Positions 18,938 through 28,312 of a stretch of 64,000 bases of DNA are shown piece after piece. Location: positions 692 through 64,691 of the forward strand of contig CAZTBM010000003.1 of assembly GCA_964611985.1 (NCBI GenBank), given 5' to 3'. The stretch's first letter is position 1. Every line of letters begins with the position of its first letter. Made by a program: the position numbers and the translations under genes. The stretch is from an uncultured Desulfurococcales archaeon (GTDB taxonomy: Archaea > Thermoproteota > Thermoprotei_A > CAZTBM01 > SZUA-1508). Under the pieces are notes generated by a model, which had not been told where the DNA came from, did no database searches, and saw nothing but the letters and a program-made list of their open reading frames with translations.

Positions 18938-19066
18938 CCCACTTTATAGAAAAGTCCTTTTTAAGTATTATTGTTAAAATTGATATATCACTGTGTATTC
19001 TCAAATAAAGTTTATTAGTTAGTTCTATGTAAGTAGCATCCAGCAAGAACATGGTAGGTGTAGAAG

Positions 19067-19252
19067 ATGCCGCAACGTAATATATGTAGTTTCTGTGGGC
19101 ATGAAATAGAGCCTGGAACAGGCCTTATGTACGTCAAGAATGATGGAACAGTATTGTGGTTCTGTTCAAGAAAATGCTTTAAAAACATGATTGAATATAA
19201 ACGTGATCCAAGAAAGTTTAAGTGGACAAAAAAGTATTCTCCTCGAAAATAA
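19067..19252 (+). CDS. rpl24e: 50S ribosomal protein L24e
   Basis: 61 aa with [13 protein letters not shown]...FCSRKC zinc-ribbon motif. Confidence 0.9.
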   Translation: MPQRNICSFCGHEIEPGTGLMYVKNDGTVLWFCSRKCFKNMIEYKRDPRKFKWTKKYSPRK

Positions 19253-19269
19253 AGTTTTGCTCTTCTACC

Positions 19270-21099
19270 TTATATCTTAACTAGAGCTGCGAAGAGTGGA
19301 TTCTGTTTACGCTTTATCTTTACAATCTCCCTTAGTACCATTGTCTCATCTTGGCTTAGTTCACTCTTATACTTTGTTAGAAGGGTTACAACATGATTCT
19401 CAGGTATATCCGTGTATAGTATGTCACCCTCATCTATATGTCTACCAACGAGTACCCTACCCTTAATAGATATTGCTACAGCTTGACCTACTCTGGCTTC
19501 TGGCAATGTTTGACCGCGTTCCTGAATTTGCATTATACTTCCTATCCTCCTACCATCCTCCCTCATTAATGGATAACCTGGCTTGATTATCCCTCCTAAG
19601 ACTTCAACTCCCACAATAGCTGGTTCACTTCGTCTAAATATACAGCCTGGTATTATCCTGATTTTACCTGGTCTTATCAAGGTGGCTAGTTCTTTTCTTC
19701 TCTCGGCCTCTTTAAGTTTAGTTAACCATTCATCGTAATCCTCTAGTAACCTATATATCACATTATTCATGAATACTTTTACTCCCTCTCGTCGTGCCTC
19801 CTCTTCTACGCCTGGTAAGAATTTAACATTGAAGGCTAATATTACTCCATAATACTTATTCTCCTTAGCGACCAATGATGCCTCGAGTACGTCCCTCTTT
19901 GTAATATGGCCTACATCAGCTAACCTTATTGGTATATTCCTTTTCTTTAATGCCTCAATAATAGCTTCTAATGTTCCTAAAGTATCAGCCTTAACTACTA
20001 CCCCTATACTTTCACTTTTTATTCTAATGTACTCTATTTCTTCAATCACCTTTCTCTTATACTCTTCGATGAGATCCTTATTGGGTATGACAAATATGGG
20101 TGAGCCAGCTAAGGCATCCTCAAGGTTAGGTGCAGCTATTTTAACGCCTGCAGCTGCAACAACTTCATTAACCTGGATGAACTTCTCTTCGGGTGCCCTT
20201 ATTTCTTGTAGAGGCTTAGGCATTAGTAGCGCTCTAACATGCGTTACAATAGGCTTCTCCTTCCCGCCTACAACAATTAGGTTTCCTTTCCTCAGTATAC
20301 CATCATAAATTATCACATCAATTGTTGTACCTAATCCAACCTCCTCTTTGACTTCCAATACTACACCCTTTGCTGGACCCTCGGCATAAACAAGCTTATT
20401 AGCCATATACTGTTGTGTTAAACCAGCAAGTACAGCAAGTAATTCTGGTATACCTTCACCAGTTTTAGCGGAAACAGGTACTATAGCAACAGTTCTGGTG
20501 AAGTCTCTTACCCTATCGAACCTATCAGCTCTAAAACCAAGCTTATACATTTCATTAACTAATTTATAGATCAACTCTTCAAGCCTAAGCTTTACGTCTT
20601 CTCTTTGCTCCTGTAATGAGAATAGTATTGGAGAATCTGGATAAGATTTCCAGCCTGGTATTCTATCTATCTTGTTAGCTGCTATAAGGAAGGGCACTCT
20701 TCTCTGCTTAAGTATTTCAATACTTTCATAGGTTTGGTCTTGAAATCCCGCTAAAACATCAACTACAAGTATCGCGAAATCTGCAACGCTACCACCTCTA
20801 CGTCGGAGATTAGAAAATAGTTCGTGACCTGGTGTATCTATGAAGAGCAAACCCGGGATCCTTAACTTTATAGGGAAGAACTTTTTTAGTGGTTCAAAAA
20901 TCTTCTCCATAACCTCAGCAGGGATTATACTGGCTCCAACATGCTGTGTAATTAGGCCAGGCTCTCTAAGGGCAACAGTTGTACCTCTAATTTTATCTAG
21001 TAATGTTGTTTTCCCATGATCTACATGCCCTAATACAACTACTATTGGTTGTCTTAGCTTCTTTGTTTCAGTCTTCACTTGTGACACCAGCCTCACCAT
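19270..21099 (-). CDS. infB: Translation initiation factor aIF5B (IF-2 homologue)
   Basis: Contains [17 protein letters not shown] and NKID. I place the start at the internal Met (MVRLVSQVK..., ATG at 21099). The 23 codons upstream in the track ORF look non-coding. Confidence 0.93.
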   Translation of the reverse strand: MVRLVSQVKTETKKLRQPIVVVLGHVDHGKTTLLDKIRGTTVALREPGLITQHVGASIIPAEVMEKIFEPLKKFFPIKLRIPGLLFIDTPGHELFSNLRRRGGSVADFAILVVDVLAGFQDQTYESIEILKQRRVPFLIAANKIDRIPGWKSYPDSPILFSLQEQREDVKLRLEELIYKLVNEMYKLGFRADRFDRVRDFTRTVAIVPVSAKTGEGIPELLAVLAGLTQQYMANKLVYAEGPAKGVVLEVKEEVGLGTTIDVIIYDGILRKGNLIVVGGKEKPIVTHVRALLMPKPLQEIRAPEEKFIQVNEVVAAAGVKIAAPNLEDALAGSPIFVIPNKDLIEEYKRKVIEEIEYIRIKSESIGVVVKADTLGTLEAIIEALKKRNIPIRLADVGHITKRDVLEASLVAKENKYYGVILAFNVKFLPGVEEEARREGVKVFMNNVIYRLLEDYDEWLTKLKEAERRKELATLIRPGKIRIIPGCIFRRSEPAIVGVEVLGGIIKPGYPLMREDGRRIGSIMQIQERGQTLPEARVGQAVAISIKGRVLVGRHIDEGDILYTDIPENHVVTLLTKYKSELSQDETMVLREIVKIKRKQNPLFAALVKI

Positions 21100-21218
21100 A
21101 TCTAGTTCTAAACTATTATACTCTAATATGCCAACGTATACATAAGTGAATATGCAAGAAAATCTCATATACTAGTACTACGTAAACCCTAACAGAACAA
21201 TATAAAGGTGAAAGTGAC

Positions 21219-21581
21219 ATGCCAGAGTTTAAAGTTGTAGTATCAGACCCTAAAACAGGTAAGGCTAAGCAAGTTACGGTATCAGGCGATAAAGCACTAG
21301 CATTTCTGGGCAGGAAAATAGGAGACGTATTAGACGGCTCAATAGTAGGATTTCCTGGCAAGAAAATAAAGATTACAGGAGGCTCTGACAGTAGCGGGTT
21401 TCCCATGAGACCTGATATTCCAGGGGGAGTAAAGAAGGCTGTTCTATTAAGTGGGCCACCTGGCTTTCATCCTAGAGAGAAAGGTGAGCGTAGACGTAAA
21501 ATCGTTAGAGGGAATGTTATTACCGAGGATATAGTTCAAATTAATGTTAAGATTCTCTATGAAGAGGAAGAGAAGAAGTAG
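21219..21581 (+). CDS. rps6e: 30S ribosomal protein S6e
   Basis: 120 aa with KITGGSDSSGFPMRPDIPG...RRRKIVRGN. Confidence 0.9.
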   Translation: MPEFKVVVSDPKTGKAKQVTVSGDKALAFLGRKIGDVLDGSIVGFPGKKIKITGGSDSSGFPMRPDIPGGVKKAVLLSGPPGFHPREKGERRRKIVRGNVITEDIVQINVKILYEEEEKK

Positions 21582-21616
21582 CAAAATAGTACTAAACTTT
21601 TATCGGGTGAGAATTT

Positions 21617-22858
21617 TTGCCTTGGGCTCTAAAACAGCCAGAAGTAAATATTGGCGTGGTAGGCCACGTAGATCACGGTAAAACAACACTAGTTCAAGCT
21701 ATAACTGGTAAATGGACGGCCACTCATAGTGAGGAATTAAAAAGAGGTATGACAATAAAGTTGGGTTATGCAGATGGGAATATAGCTAAATGTCCTCATT
21801 GTGAAGGGCCTGAAGCTTACACTACAGAGCCTATATGTCCAAGGTGTGGAAGTGAAACAATATTATTGAGAAGGGTCTCATTCGTTGATGCACCAGGACA
21901 TGAAATACTCATGGCTACGATGCTTTCAGGAGCAGCACTAATGGATGGTGCAATCCTCGTAATAGCGGCAAATGAGCCTTGTCCTCAACCACAAACTAGA
22001 GAGCACTTTGCAGCGCTTGATATTGTTGGTATAAGGAATCTTGTAGTAGTTCAAAATAAAGTTGAAGTAGTAAGTAAGGATGAAGCTATCAAGAATTACC
22101 AGGCTATAAGAAGCTTTCTAAAAGGGACATGGGCCGAAGATCTGCCAATAATACCTATAAGTGCTTTACATAAAGCAAACATTGATATAGTATTACAGGC
22201 AATAGAAGAGTTTATACCTACTCCTAAAAGGGATCTTTCAAAGCCGCCGCTAATGTACATTGCTAGAAGCTTTGACGTAAATAAACCAGGTACTCCCCCA
22301 GAGAAACTTGTTGGAGGAGTTATAGGAGGTAGTATCATGCAGGGGGTCATAAGGATTGATGATGAAATAGAGATAAAGCCAGGTATAAGAATAGAAAGGC
22401 CTGACGGAAAAATAGAGTATGAACCATTATATACTAAAGTTGTCAGCTTAAGATTCTCTGACCTTGAGGTTAAAGAGGCAAAGCCAGGTGGACTAGTAGC
22501 AATAGGAACAACACTCGACCCCTCATTAACAAAAGCTGATAAATTAGTGGGTAACATTGTAGGTAAGCCTGGACAGTTACCGTCACTAATAAACACAATA
22601 AGGCTAGAGTATAAGCTAATGGAAAGAATTGTAGGTACAAGAGAGCTTATTAAAGCAGAGCCCATCAGGAGAGGTGAAGCTCTAATGCTAACAGTAGGCA
22701 CTTCGATCAGTCTAGGAATAGTAACTCATGTCACGAAAGATGAGGTCGAAATAAAGCTAAGAAGACCAATAGTGTTACTGCCAAAAGCAAGAGTAGCTAT
22801 TAGCAGACAAATACGTGGACGATGGAGACTTGTAGGTTGGGGAACATTCAAGGGTTGA
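21617..22858 (+). CDS. eif2g: Translation initiation factor aIF2 gamma subunit
   Basis: 413 aa, TTG start 7 nt after GGTGA. Contains [18 protein letters not shown], the zinc knuckle CPHC...CPRC, DAPGH and QNKVE. Confidence 0.95.
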   Translation: MPWALKQPEVNIGVVGHVDHGKTTLVQAITGKWTATHSEELKRGMTIKLGYADGNIAKCPHCEGPEAYTTEPICPRCGSETILLRRVSFVDAPGHEILMATMLSGAALMDGAILVIAANEPCPQPQTREHFAALDIVGIRNLVVVQNKVEVVSKDEAIKNYQAIRSFLKGTWAEDLPIIPISALHKANIDIVLQAIEEFIPTPKRDLSKPPLMYIARSFDVNKPGTPPEKLVGGVIGGSIMQGVIRIDDEIEIKPGIRIERPDGKIEYEPLYTKVVSLRFSDLEVKEAKPGGLVAIGTTLDPSLTKADKLVGNIVGKPGQLPSLINTIRLEYKLMERIVGTRELIKAEPIRRGEALMLTVGTSISLGIVTHVTKDEVEIKLRRPIVLLPKARVAISRQIRGRWRLVGWGTFKG

Positions 22859-23268
22859 AGAGAGAGTTAAAAGTACTACTTGATACTAATGTTCTAATAC
22901 TCTCCATAAAGTATGGTTTAGATATTTTCAGTTATGTAGAGGAAGCTCTACTAAGAAAATGCTCTTTCTACATACTAGATCGAACTCTATCAGAGTTAGA
23001 AAACATTAGCACTAAAGGTAAATCCTTGGATAAGAGGGCCGCCATAAAAGCTTTAGAAATGGTAAAAGAGCGATGTAAAGTATTACAAGTGAAAGCTCTA
23101 CCCGGAGAAACTGTGGATGATATAATAGTTAGAGTAGTTCATGAGAATAAAATGATAATAATAACAAATGATAGAGAGCTAAGATCACGTATTAGAGCAT
23201 TAGGAATGCCTGTGGGATGGATAAATTTAAAAGAGAAAAGAGTTAAAATAGAAGGATATTATGACTAA
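22822..23268 (+). CDS. PIN-domain endoribonuclease, Fcf1/Utp24-like
   Basis: LLDTNVLI near the N-terminus and [13 protein letters not shown] near the C-terminus. Conserved position after eif2g. The start may be TTG 22855, which overlaps the eif2g TGA, rather than ATG 22822. Confidence 0.6.
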   Translation: METCRLGNIQGLKRELKVLLDTNVLILSIKYGLDIFSYVEEALLRKCSFYILDRTLSELENISTKGKSLDKRAAIKALEMVKERCKVLQVKALPGETVDDIIVRVVHENKMIIITNDRELRSRIRALGMPVGWINLKEKRVKIEGYYD

Positions 23269-23361
23269 GTCAGTGTAAATATAGGAGATAGAGATATTAA
23301 TTAGAAACAATAATGCTACTGAACACAGAACAGTAAACAAAGCATACTAGGGGCATCCCAA

Positions 23362-23949
23362 ATGTATAGGGTATACCATGTAGTTGATGTCGTTAGAATA
23401 CCTCCCGAATACTTTGGGTTACCAATAAAAGAGGCTGCTAAAAAGGTTCTCAGACGTAAGTACGAAGGTGTAGTTGATAGAGAGCTAGGATTCATACTGG
23501 CAGTATATAATGTTGAAGTAGAGGAGGAAGGAAAGATCATACCGGGTGATGGCGCTACATATCATATAGCAAGATTCGATATACTAGCTTTCACACCAAT
23601 ACTCAAAGAAGTAGTGGAAGGAGAGATCGTAGAGGTAACAGACTTCGGTATATTTGTCAATTTAGGACCTTTCGATGGTTTAATTCATAGATCACAGATA
23701 CTAGATGATAGAATGTTATATGATTCTAGGAGGGGCGCATACATGGGTCAAGAAACTAAAAGAATAATCGAAAAAGGAGACATTGTACGAGCTAGAATAG
23801 TGACAATAAGCACATCATCATCAAATAGGATAATTAGAATAGCTTTAACCATGAGACAGCCTTTCTTAGGGAAGCTTGAATGGATACAAGAAGATTTAGA
23901 AAGAATATACGGAGAGAAGGAAGAGAAAAAGAAGGCTAAGAAAAAGTAA
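23362..23949 (+). CDS. rpoE: DNA-directed RNA polymerase subunit E' (Rpo7), S1 domain
   Basis: 195 aa with VVRIPPEYFG... and the S1 motif GEIVEVTDFGIFVNLGPFDGLIH. Confidence 0.9.
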   Translation: MYRVYHVVDVVRIPPEYFGLPIKEAAKKVLRRKYEGVVDRELGFILAVYNVEVEEEGKIIPGDGATYHIARFDILAFTPILKEVVEGEIVEVTDFGIFVNLGPFDGLIHRSQILDDRMLYDSRRGAYMGQETKRIIEKGDIVRARIVTISTSSSNRIIRIALTMRQPFLGKLEWIQEDLERIYGEKEEKKKAKKK

Positions 23950-23975
23950 CTTAGCAGTATAAGGGTGAGCGGGTA

Positions 23976-24185
23976 ATGGTTAGAAGAAGAAGGAGAATGC
24001 CCTTCAAAGCATGTAAGAGATGTAAGGCTCTAGTAGAATATGAAGTCGAGAAATGCCCTCTCTGCTCTTCAACATTATTCTCGGACGATTGGGAGGGTAT
24101 GGTAGTAGTTTTAACATTAGACTCTAAATCAGCAAAAGTACTCAAAGTCACAAAGCCTTGGAGATACGCCATTAAGGTGAGATAA
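23976..24185 (+). CDS. spt4: Transcription elongation factor Spt4 (RpoE'')
   Basis: 69 aa zinc ribbon with CKRCKAL...CPLCSS. SD GGGTGA upstream. Confidence 0.85.
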   Translation: MVRRRRRMPFKACKRCKALVEYEVEKCPLCSSTLFSDDWEGMVVVLTLDSKSAKVLKVTKPWRYAIKVR

Positions 24186-24190
24186 ATAAC

Positions 24191-24724
24191 TTGAAATATT
24201 ACTTAATGCCTGAAAGGTTAAGGCCAAAACTCTCTCAACATTTTATTGGCACTCTCCTAACTGGCACACCAGAAGAGAACCTATTATTCATTAAATCTCA
24301 CGTCAAAGAATACAAATATATTATTACTGTAGGGGACGTAGTAACTTTAACTATTACTTCGGGAGGCCTCCAACCCAAATTATCCATTATAGATTATAGA
24401 TGTCTTCGGAAGGAACATCCCTTATCCAATATTGTAAAGTCTAGGTTTAGAAAGGTTATTAGAACCTGTAATCCACCAGGGAGAATTATGCTAGATGCCT
24501 GGAATAGTATTAAAGAGGCTCTAAGGGGGGATGAGCCAACATTAATTGAGGTACATGGTGAAGAAGATTTACTTGCCATTCCTGCAGTGCTTGAGGCTGA
24601 TTATGGCTCACTAGTAATATATGGATTACCATCAAAGGGCATGGTTATGATATTAGTCACTGACTACACAAAGAATATTATGAGAGGTATATTAAATGAA
24701 TTCATATTTGTAGATGAGGAGTAA
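24191..24724 (+). CDS. DUF359-family protein, probable GTP-dependent dephospho-CoA kinase
   Basis: 177 aa with ITVGDVVT, SIIDYRCLRK, CNPPGRI and VHGEEDLLAIPAVL, the hallmarks of the archaeal DPCK family. Conserved position after spt4. Confidence 0.6.
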   Translation: MKYYLMPERLRPKLSQHFIGTLLTGTPEENLLFIKSHVKEYKYIITVGDVVTLTITSGGLQPKLSIIDYRCLRKEHPLSNIVKSRFRKVIRTCNPPGRIMLDAWNSIKEALRGDEPTLIEVHGEEDLLAIPAVLEADYGSLVIYGLPSKGMVMILVTDYTKNIMRGILNEFIFVDEE

Positions 24725-24789
24725 TTAGCGTATAGAGGGTATAATTTATAAGTCTCTCTACACTCACTATCCAATGCAAATGTGTTAAA

Positions 24790-25179
24790 GTGAGGATAGG
24801 GAACGTGGCTGAAGAGCTTATAGTAACTAAGCCTCCAGTTAAATATGTAAGGGAAATAGGAATTAAGGAAGACATCAAAATGTATGTTATAGAAGAGAAA
24901 TATAATCCTTTAATTAAGCGTATAGAGATAACTGGGCTAATTTATCATATAGGTAAAGGAACACCAGCAAGGAAAGATATACGTGAAGTTGTAGCGAAAG
25001 AATATGGCAAACCCATTGATGCTGTATATATACGTAAGCTTGAGTCTGAATTTGGTATTGGACGTACCAGAGCCATAATACATGTATATGATAGTGTTGA
25101 AAGAGCTTTGGTTTTTGAACTCAAACATATAATTCAAAGAGATAAAGGAGAAAAAGAGGAAAAGAAGGGTGGAGGGTAA
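24790..25179 (+). CDS. rps24e: 30S ribosomal protein S24e
   Basis: NPLIKRIEI...HIGKGTPARKDIREVVAKEYG...FGIGRTRAIIHVYDS. Start uncertain (GTG 24790 versus ATG 24868). Confidence 0.85.
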   Translation: MRIGNVAEELIVTKPPVKYVREIGIKEDIKMYVIEEKYNPLIKRIEITGLIYHIGKGTPARKDIREVVAKEYGKPIDAVYIRKLESEFGIGRTRAIIHVYDSVERALVFELKHIIQRDKGEKEEKKGGG

Positions 25180-25184
25180 GATAA

Positions 25185-25373
25185 ATGGCCCACGTGCACA
25201 AACTATACGAATATGATTATGAGAAAGGTACGATTAGATTGAAAAATAAAAAGTGTCCTAGATGCGGTAGTATTATGGCTCACCATCTTAAACCTGTAGA
25301 GAGATGGCATTGTGGGAAATGTAGCTATACGGAATTTGTGAGGCCACAAAAGGTAGGGAGAAGAGGAAGATAA
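25185..25373 (+). CDS. rps27ae: 30S ribosomal protein S27ae
   Basis: 62 aa zinc ribbon with CPRCGS...HCGKCSYT. Confidence 0.9.
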   Translation: MAHVHKLYEYDYEKGTIRLKNKKCPRCGSIMAHHLKPVERWHCGKCSYTEFVRPQKVGRRGR

Positions 25374-25463
25374 GTTAAGGAGAGCGAATTTTATAATTCT
25401 TCTACACTTCTGTAATTTAGGGCCAAACCCAAAGTTATAATACCATCTATAAGGCTAGTAATT

Positions 25464-26480
25464 ATGGTTAAGAATAAAGATATCATAGTATTGGGTATTG
25501 AATCAACAGCCCACACTTTCGGCTGCGGAATAGTGAATAGTAGAGGCGAAATACTAGCTGATGTGAGAGGCGAATATAAACCAGTAAAAGGAGGCATACA
25601 TCCTAGAGAGGCCTCACAGTATTTCTCAACAGTAGCTCCCTCGGTCATAACCAAAGCCTTGAAGGAGGCAGGTCTATCGATTAAAGATATAGATGCAATT
25701 GCCGTAGCATTAGGTCCTGGATTAGGACCTTGCCTAAGGACCGGTGCAACTATAGCTAGAGCGTTAGCCTTCTACTTTAATAAGCCTCTTGTTCCAGTAA
25801 ATCATGCAGTTGCCCATATAGAAGTGGGGAAGTTACTAACTGGTGCTAAAGACCCTCTTGTAATATATGTTTCAGGGGGCAACACAATCATAACAGCGTA
25901 TGCTAAAGGACGATACAGAGTATTTGGTGAAACCCTAGATATAGCTTTAGGAAACTGTCTAGACACTTTTGCTCGTGAGGCAGGAATTGCCCCACCCTAT
26001 ATCGTAAAAGGTTACCATATAGTAGACCATTATGCTATGAAGGGTAAGAGAATTTTAGATTTACCTTATGTTGTCAAAGGACAGGATGTATCATTCTCTG
26101 GTCTCTTAACTGCGGCATTAAGGTTGTTAAAGCAGGGTTATGCTTTAGAGGATGTCTGTCTTAGTTTTAGAGAAAACGTTTACAACATGGTTGTCGAAGT
26201 TGCAGAAAGAGGTTTAGCACATACAGGAAAAAAGGAAATACTTCTTGTAGGCGGTGTAGCAGCAAGTCCTATACTAAGAAGTAAAGTTGAGATCATGGCA
26301 ACCTATCATAACGCTAAAGTTTATCTGACGCCACCAAAATATTCATTAGACAATGGAGTAATGATTGCATGGACGGGGCTCTTAGCATATGCTCATGGAG
26401 TGACAATAGCCATAGAGGAATCCTACGTAAAACAACGCTGGAGACTAGATGAGGTTGACATACCATGGATGAAGGACTAA
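25464..26480 (+). CDS. kae1: tRNA N6-adenosine threonylcarbamoyltransferase Kae1 (KEOPS catalytic subunit)
   Basis: 338 aa with LGIESTAHTFG, VNHAVAHIE, YVSGGNT and LVGGVAAS. Confidence 0.93.
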   Translation: MVKNKDIIVLGIESTAHTFGCGIVNSRGEILADVRGEYKPVKGGIHPREASQYFSTVAPSVITKALKEAGLSIKDIDAIAVALGPGLGPCLRTGATIARALAFYFNKPLVPVNHAVAHIEVGKLLTGAKDPLVIYVSGGNTIITAYAKGRYRVFGETLDIALGNCLDTFAREAGIAPPYIVKGYHIVDHYAMKGKRILDLPYVVKGQDVSFSGLLTAALRLLKQGYALEDVCLSFRENVYNMVVEVAERGLAHTGKKEILLVGGVAASPILRSKVEIMATYHNAKVYLTPPKYSLDNGVMIAWTGLLAYAHGVTIAIEESYVKQRWRLDEVDIPWMKD

Positions 26481-27124
26481 AATTAATAAAGAGAGGAGCT
26501 GAGGCATACTTATACTTAATAGACTTTCACGGCTTTAAAGCTATATTAAAGAAAAGAATACCCAAGGACTATAGACATCCAGAATTTGACATAAAGCTTA
26601 GACAGAGAAGGACAATTAATGAAGCTAGAATGCTATATTATAGTAAGAAAGCTGGTGTACCCGTTCCCACAGTTCTCGACGTAGATGTTGACGAAACATA
26701 CTTAATAATAGAGTATATTGACGGTATAGTTCTAAGAGATCTTATAGACAAAGGAGTTAGTGAGGATGTAGTAAGGAATGTATTTACTCACGTAGGAGAG
26801 CTTATAGGTAAACTTCACTCTAATAGTATAGTCCATGGAGATTTAACAACATCCAACATGATACTTTATAACAACACATTATTCTTTATAGATTTTGGAT
26901 TATCTGAAAAGAGTAATGAATTAGAGGATCAAGGGGTAGACTTACACTTAATGTTGCGTAGTCTCGAAAGTACACATCCTGAAATAGCATATAGGGCGTT
27001 CAATTATGTCTTAAAAGGATATGCTAAGGTGATGGGTAGGGAACATACATTAAGAGTTAGAGATAAAGTAAAGGAAATAAGAATGAGAGGTAGGTATGTT
27101 GAAGAGAGAAGGAGAAAAACATAA
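26465..27124 (+). CDS. bud32: KEOPS subunit Bud32 (atypical RIO-type kinase)
   Basis: 219 aa with LIKRGAEA, HSNSIVHGDLTTSNMI and FIDFGLS. Overlaps the kae1 3' end by 16 nt. Confidence 0.8.
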   Translation: MDEGLKLIKRGAEAYLYLIDFHGFKAILKKRIPKDYRHPEFDIKLRQRRTINEARMLYYSKKAGVPVPTVLDVDVDETYLIIEYIDGIVLRDLIDKGVSEDVVRNVFTHVGELIGKLHSNSIVHGDLTTSNMILYNNTLFFIDFGLSEKSNELEDQGVDLHLMLRSLESTHPEIAYRAFNYVLKGYAKVMGREHTLRVRDKVKEIRMRGRYVEERRRKT

Positions 27125-27680
27125 AATAATATTTTTCGTCTCAACCAATATTCATAAAGTTAAAGAATTAAATGATATAGTGAGTGTCTACGGTATAACT
27201 CTTATTCCAGCTAGAATAAAGAAGATGGAGATACAAGCTGATGATATAACTGAAATAGCATTAACAGCAGCTAGAGATGCTTACAATAAATTACATAAAC
27301 CATTAATAGTTGAAGACGCAGGATTATTTGTTAAAGAGTTAAATGGCTTCCCAGGCCCATACTCAAGTTATGTATTTAAAACAATTGGGTGTAAAGGCAT
27401 ACTCAAACTACTTGAGGGTGTAAATAATAGAGATGCATATTTCAAATCCATACTTGTATATAAAGATGAACACCATGAGGTAGTATTTGAAGGTATGGTT
27501 GAAGGTGAAATAGCACATAGCATTAGAGGTAGTGGAGGCTTCGGATTCGATCCAATATTTATACCTAAAGGCCGTAATAAAACATTTGCAGAGATGCCTC
27601 TGGGGGAGAAAAACAAGCTTTCTCATAGAGGTAGGGCTGCAAGAAAATTTATAGACTGGTATATCAAAAACAAAATGTAA
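27096..27680 (+). CDS. rdgB: Non-canonical purine NTP pyrophosphatase (HAM1/RdgB/ITPase family)
   Basis: 194 aa with IFFVSTNIHKVKE, EDAGLFV..LNGFPGPYSSY, GGFGFDPIF and SHRG. Confidence 0.8.
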   Translation: MLKREGEKHKIIFFVSTNIHKVKELNDIVSVYGITLIPARIKKMEIQADDITEIALTAARDAYNKLHKPLIVEDAGLFVKELNGFPGPYSSYVFKTIGCKGILKLLEGVNNRDAYFKSILVYKDEHHEVVFEGMVEGEIAHSIRGSGGFGFDPIFIPKGRNKTFAEMPLGEKNKLSHRGRAARKFIDWYIKNKM

Positions 27681-27796
27681 TCAGCCTATTTAAAGGGTTA
27701 AATTTTACACCACGAGTAACACTTATAAAATCTCTAATCTAAATAGTAGCAACCAGACACTAATAGTAAGTTAGAAGCATGTGAGGGACCTTAAGA

Positions 27797-28255
27797 GTGA
27801 ACAAGAAGAGAGATAAGGGTAAATCACATTCAACTAGACCGCCACGAACTGGGCCTCCTAGATGGCTAAGATGGTCACCTGAGGAAGTAGAAGCCTTAAT
27901 TATAGAGTTAGCTAAGAAAGGATACGGTCCATCAATGATAGGTATTATACTTAGAGATCAGTATGGTATTCCATTGGTAAAGCCCATTCTTGGTAAAAAG
28001 ATTACACAAGTACTAGAGGAGCATGGATTATTACCTCAAATACCAGAGGATCTGTTTAACTTAATGAAGAGAGCAGTTAATCTGATGAGACATTTAGAGG
28101 AACATCCCAAAGACTTTCACTCTAAGAGAGGTCTTATGGAAATAGAGTCTAAGATAAGACGTTTAGTAAAATACTACAAGAGAGTAGGTAAGCTACCACC
28201 AGACTGGAAGTATGATCCAGAGAGAGCCAAACTACTTGTATCCAGCACTCTATAA
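27797..28255 (+). CDS. rps15: 30S ribosomal protein S15 (uS15/S13e)
   Basis: 152 aa with [16 protein letters not shown] and DFHSKRGL...ESKIRRL. Confidence 0.93.
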   Translation: MNKKRDKGKSHSTRPPRTGPPRWLRWSPEEVEALIIELAKKGYGPSMIGIILRDQYGIPLVKPILGKKITQVLEEHGLLPQIPEDLFNLMKRAVNLMRHLEEHPKDFHSKRGLMEIESKIRRLVKYYKRVGKLPPDWKYDPERAKLLVSSTL

Positions 28256-28312
28256 AAAGAAGTTAACATGATTTCTAGTAACCTTTAAGTGTAAATGTGT
28301 AGACAATAGTAT

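Noticed and set aside
21100-21168. 23-codon N-terminal extension of the aIF5B ORF
   Set aside because: The hydrophobic, Cys/Tyr-rich extension (MRFSCIFTYVYVGIL...) is unlike aIF5B N-termini. The internal Met followed by [19 protein letters not shown] gives the expected spacing.
22096-22701. 201-aa minus-strand ORF antisense to the aIF2-gamma gene
   Set aside because: Same reasoning: it is a mirror ORF of a strongly conserved gene, with a low-complexity Ser/Leu/Ile product.
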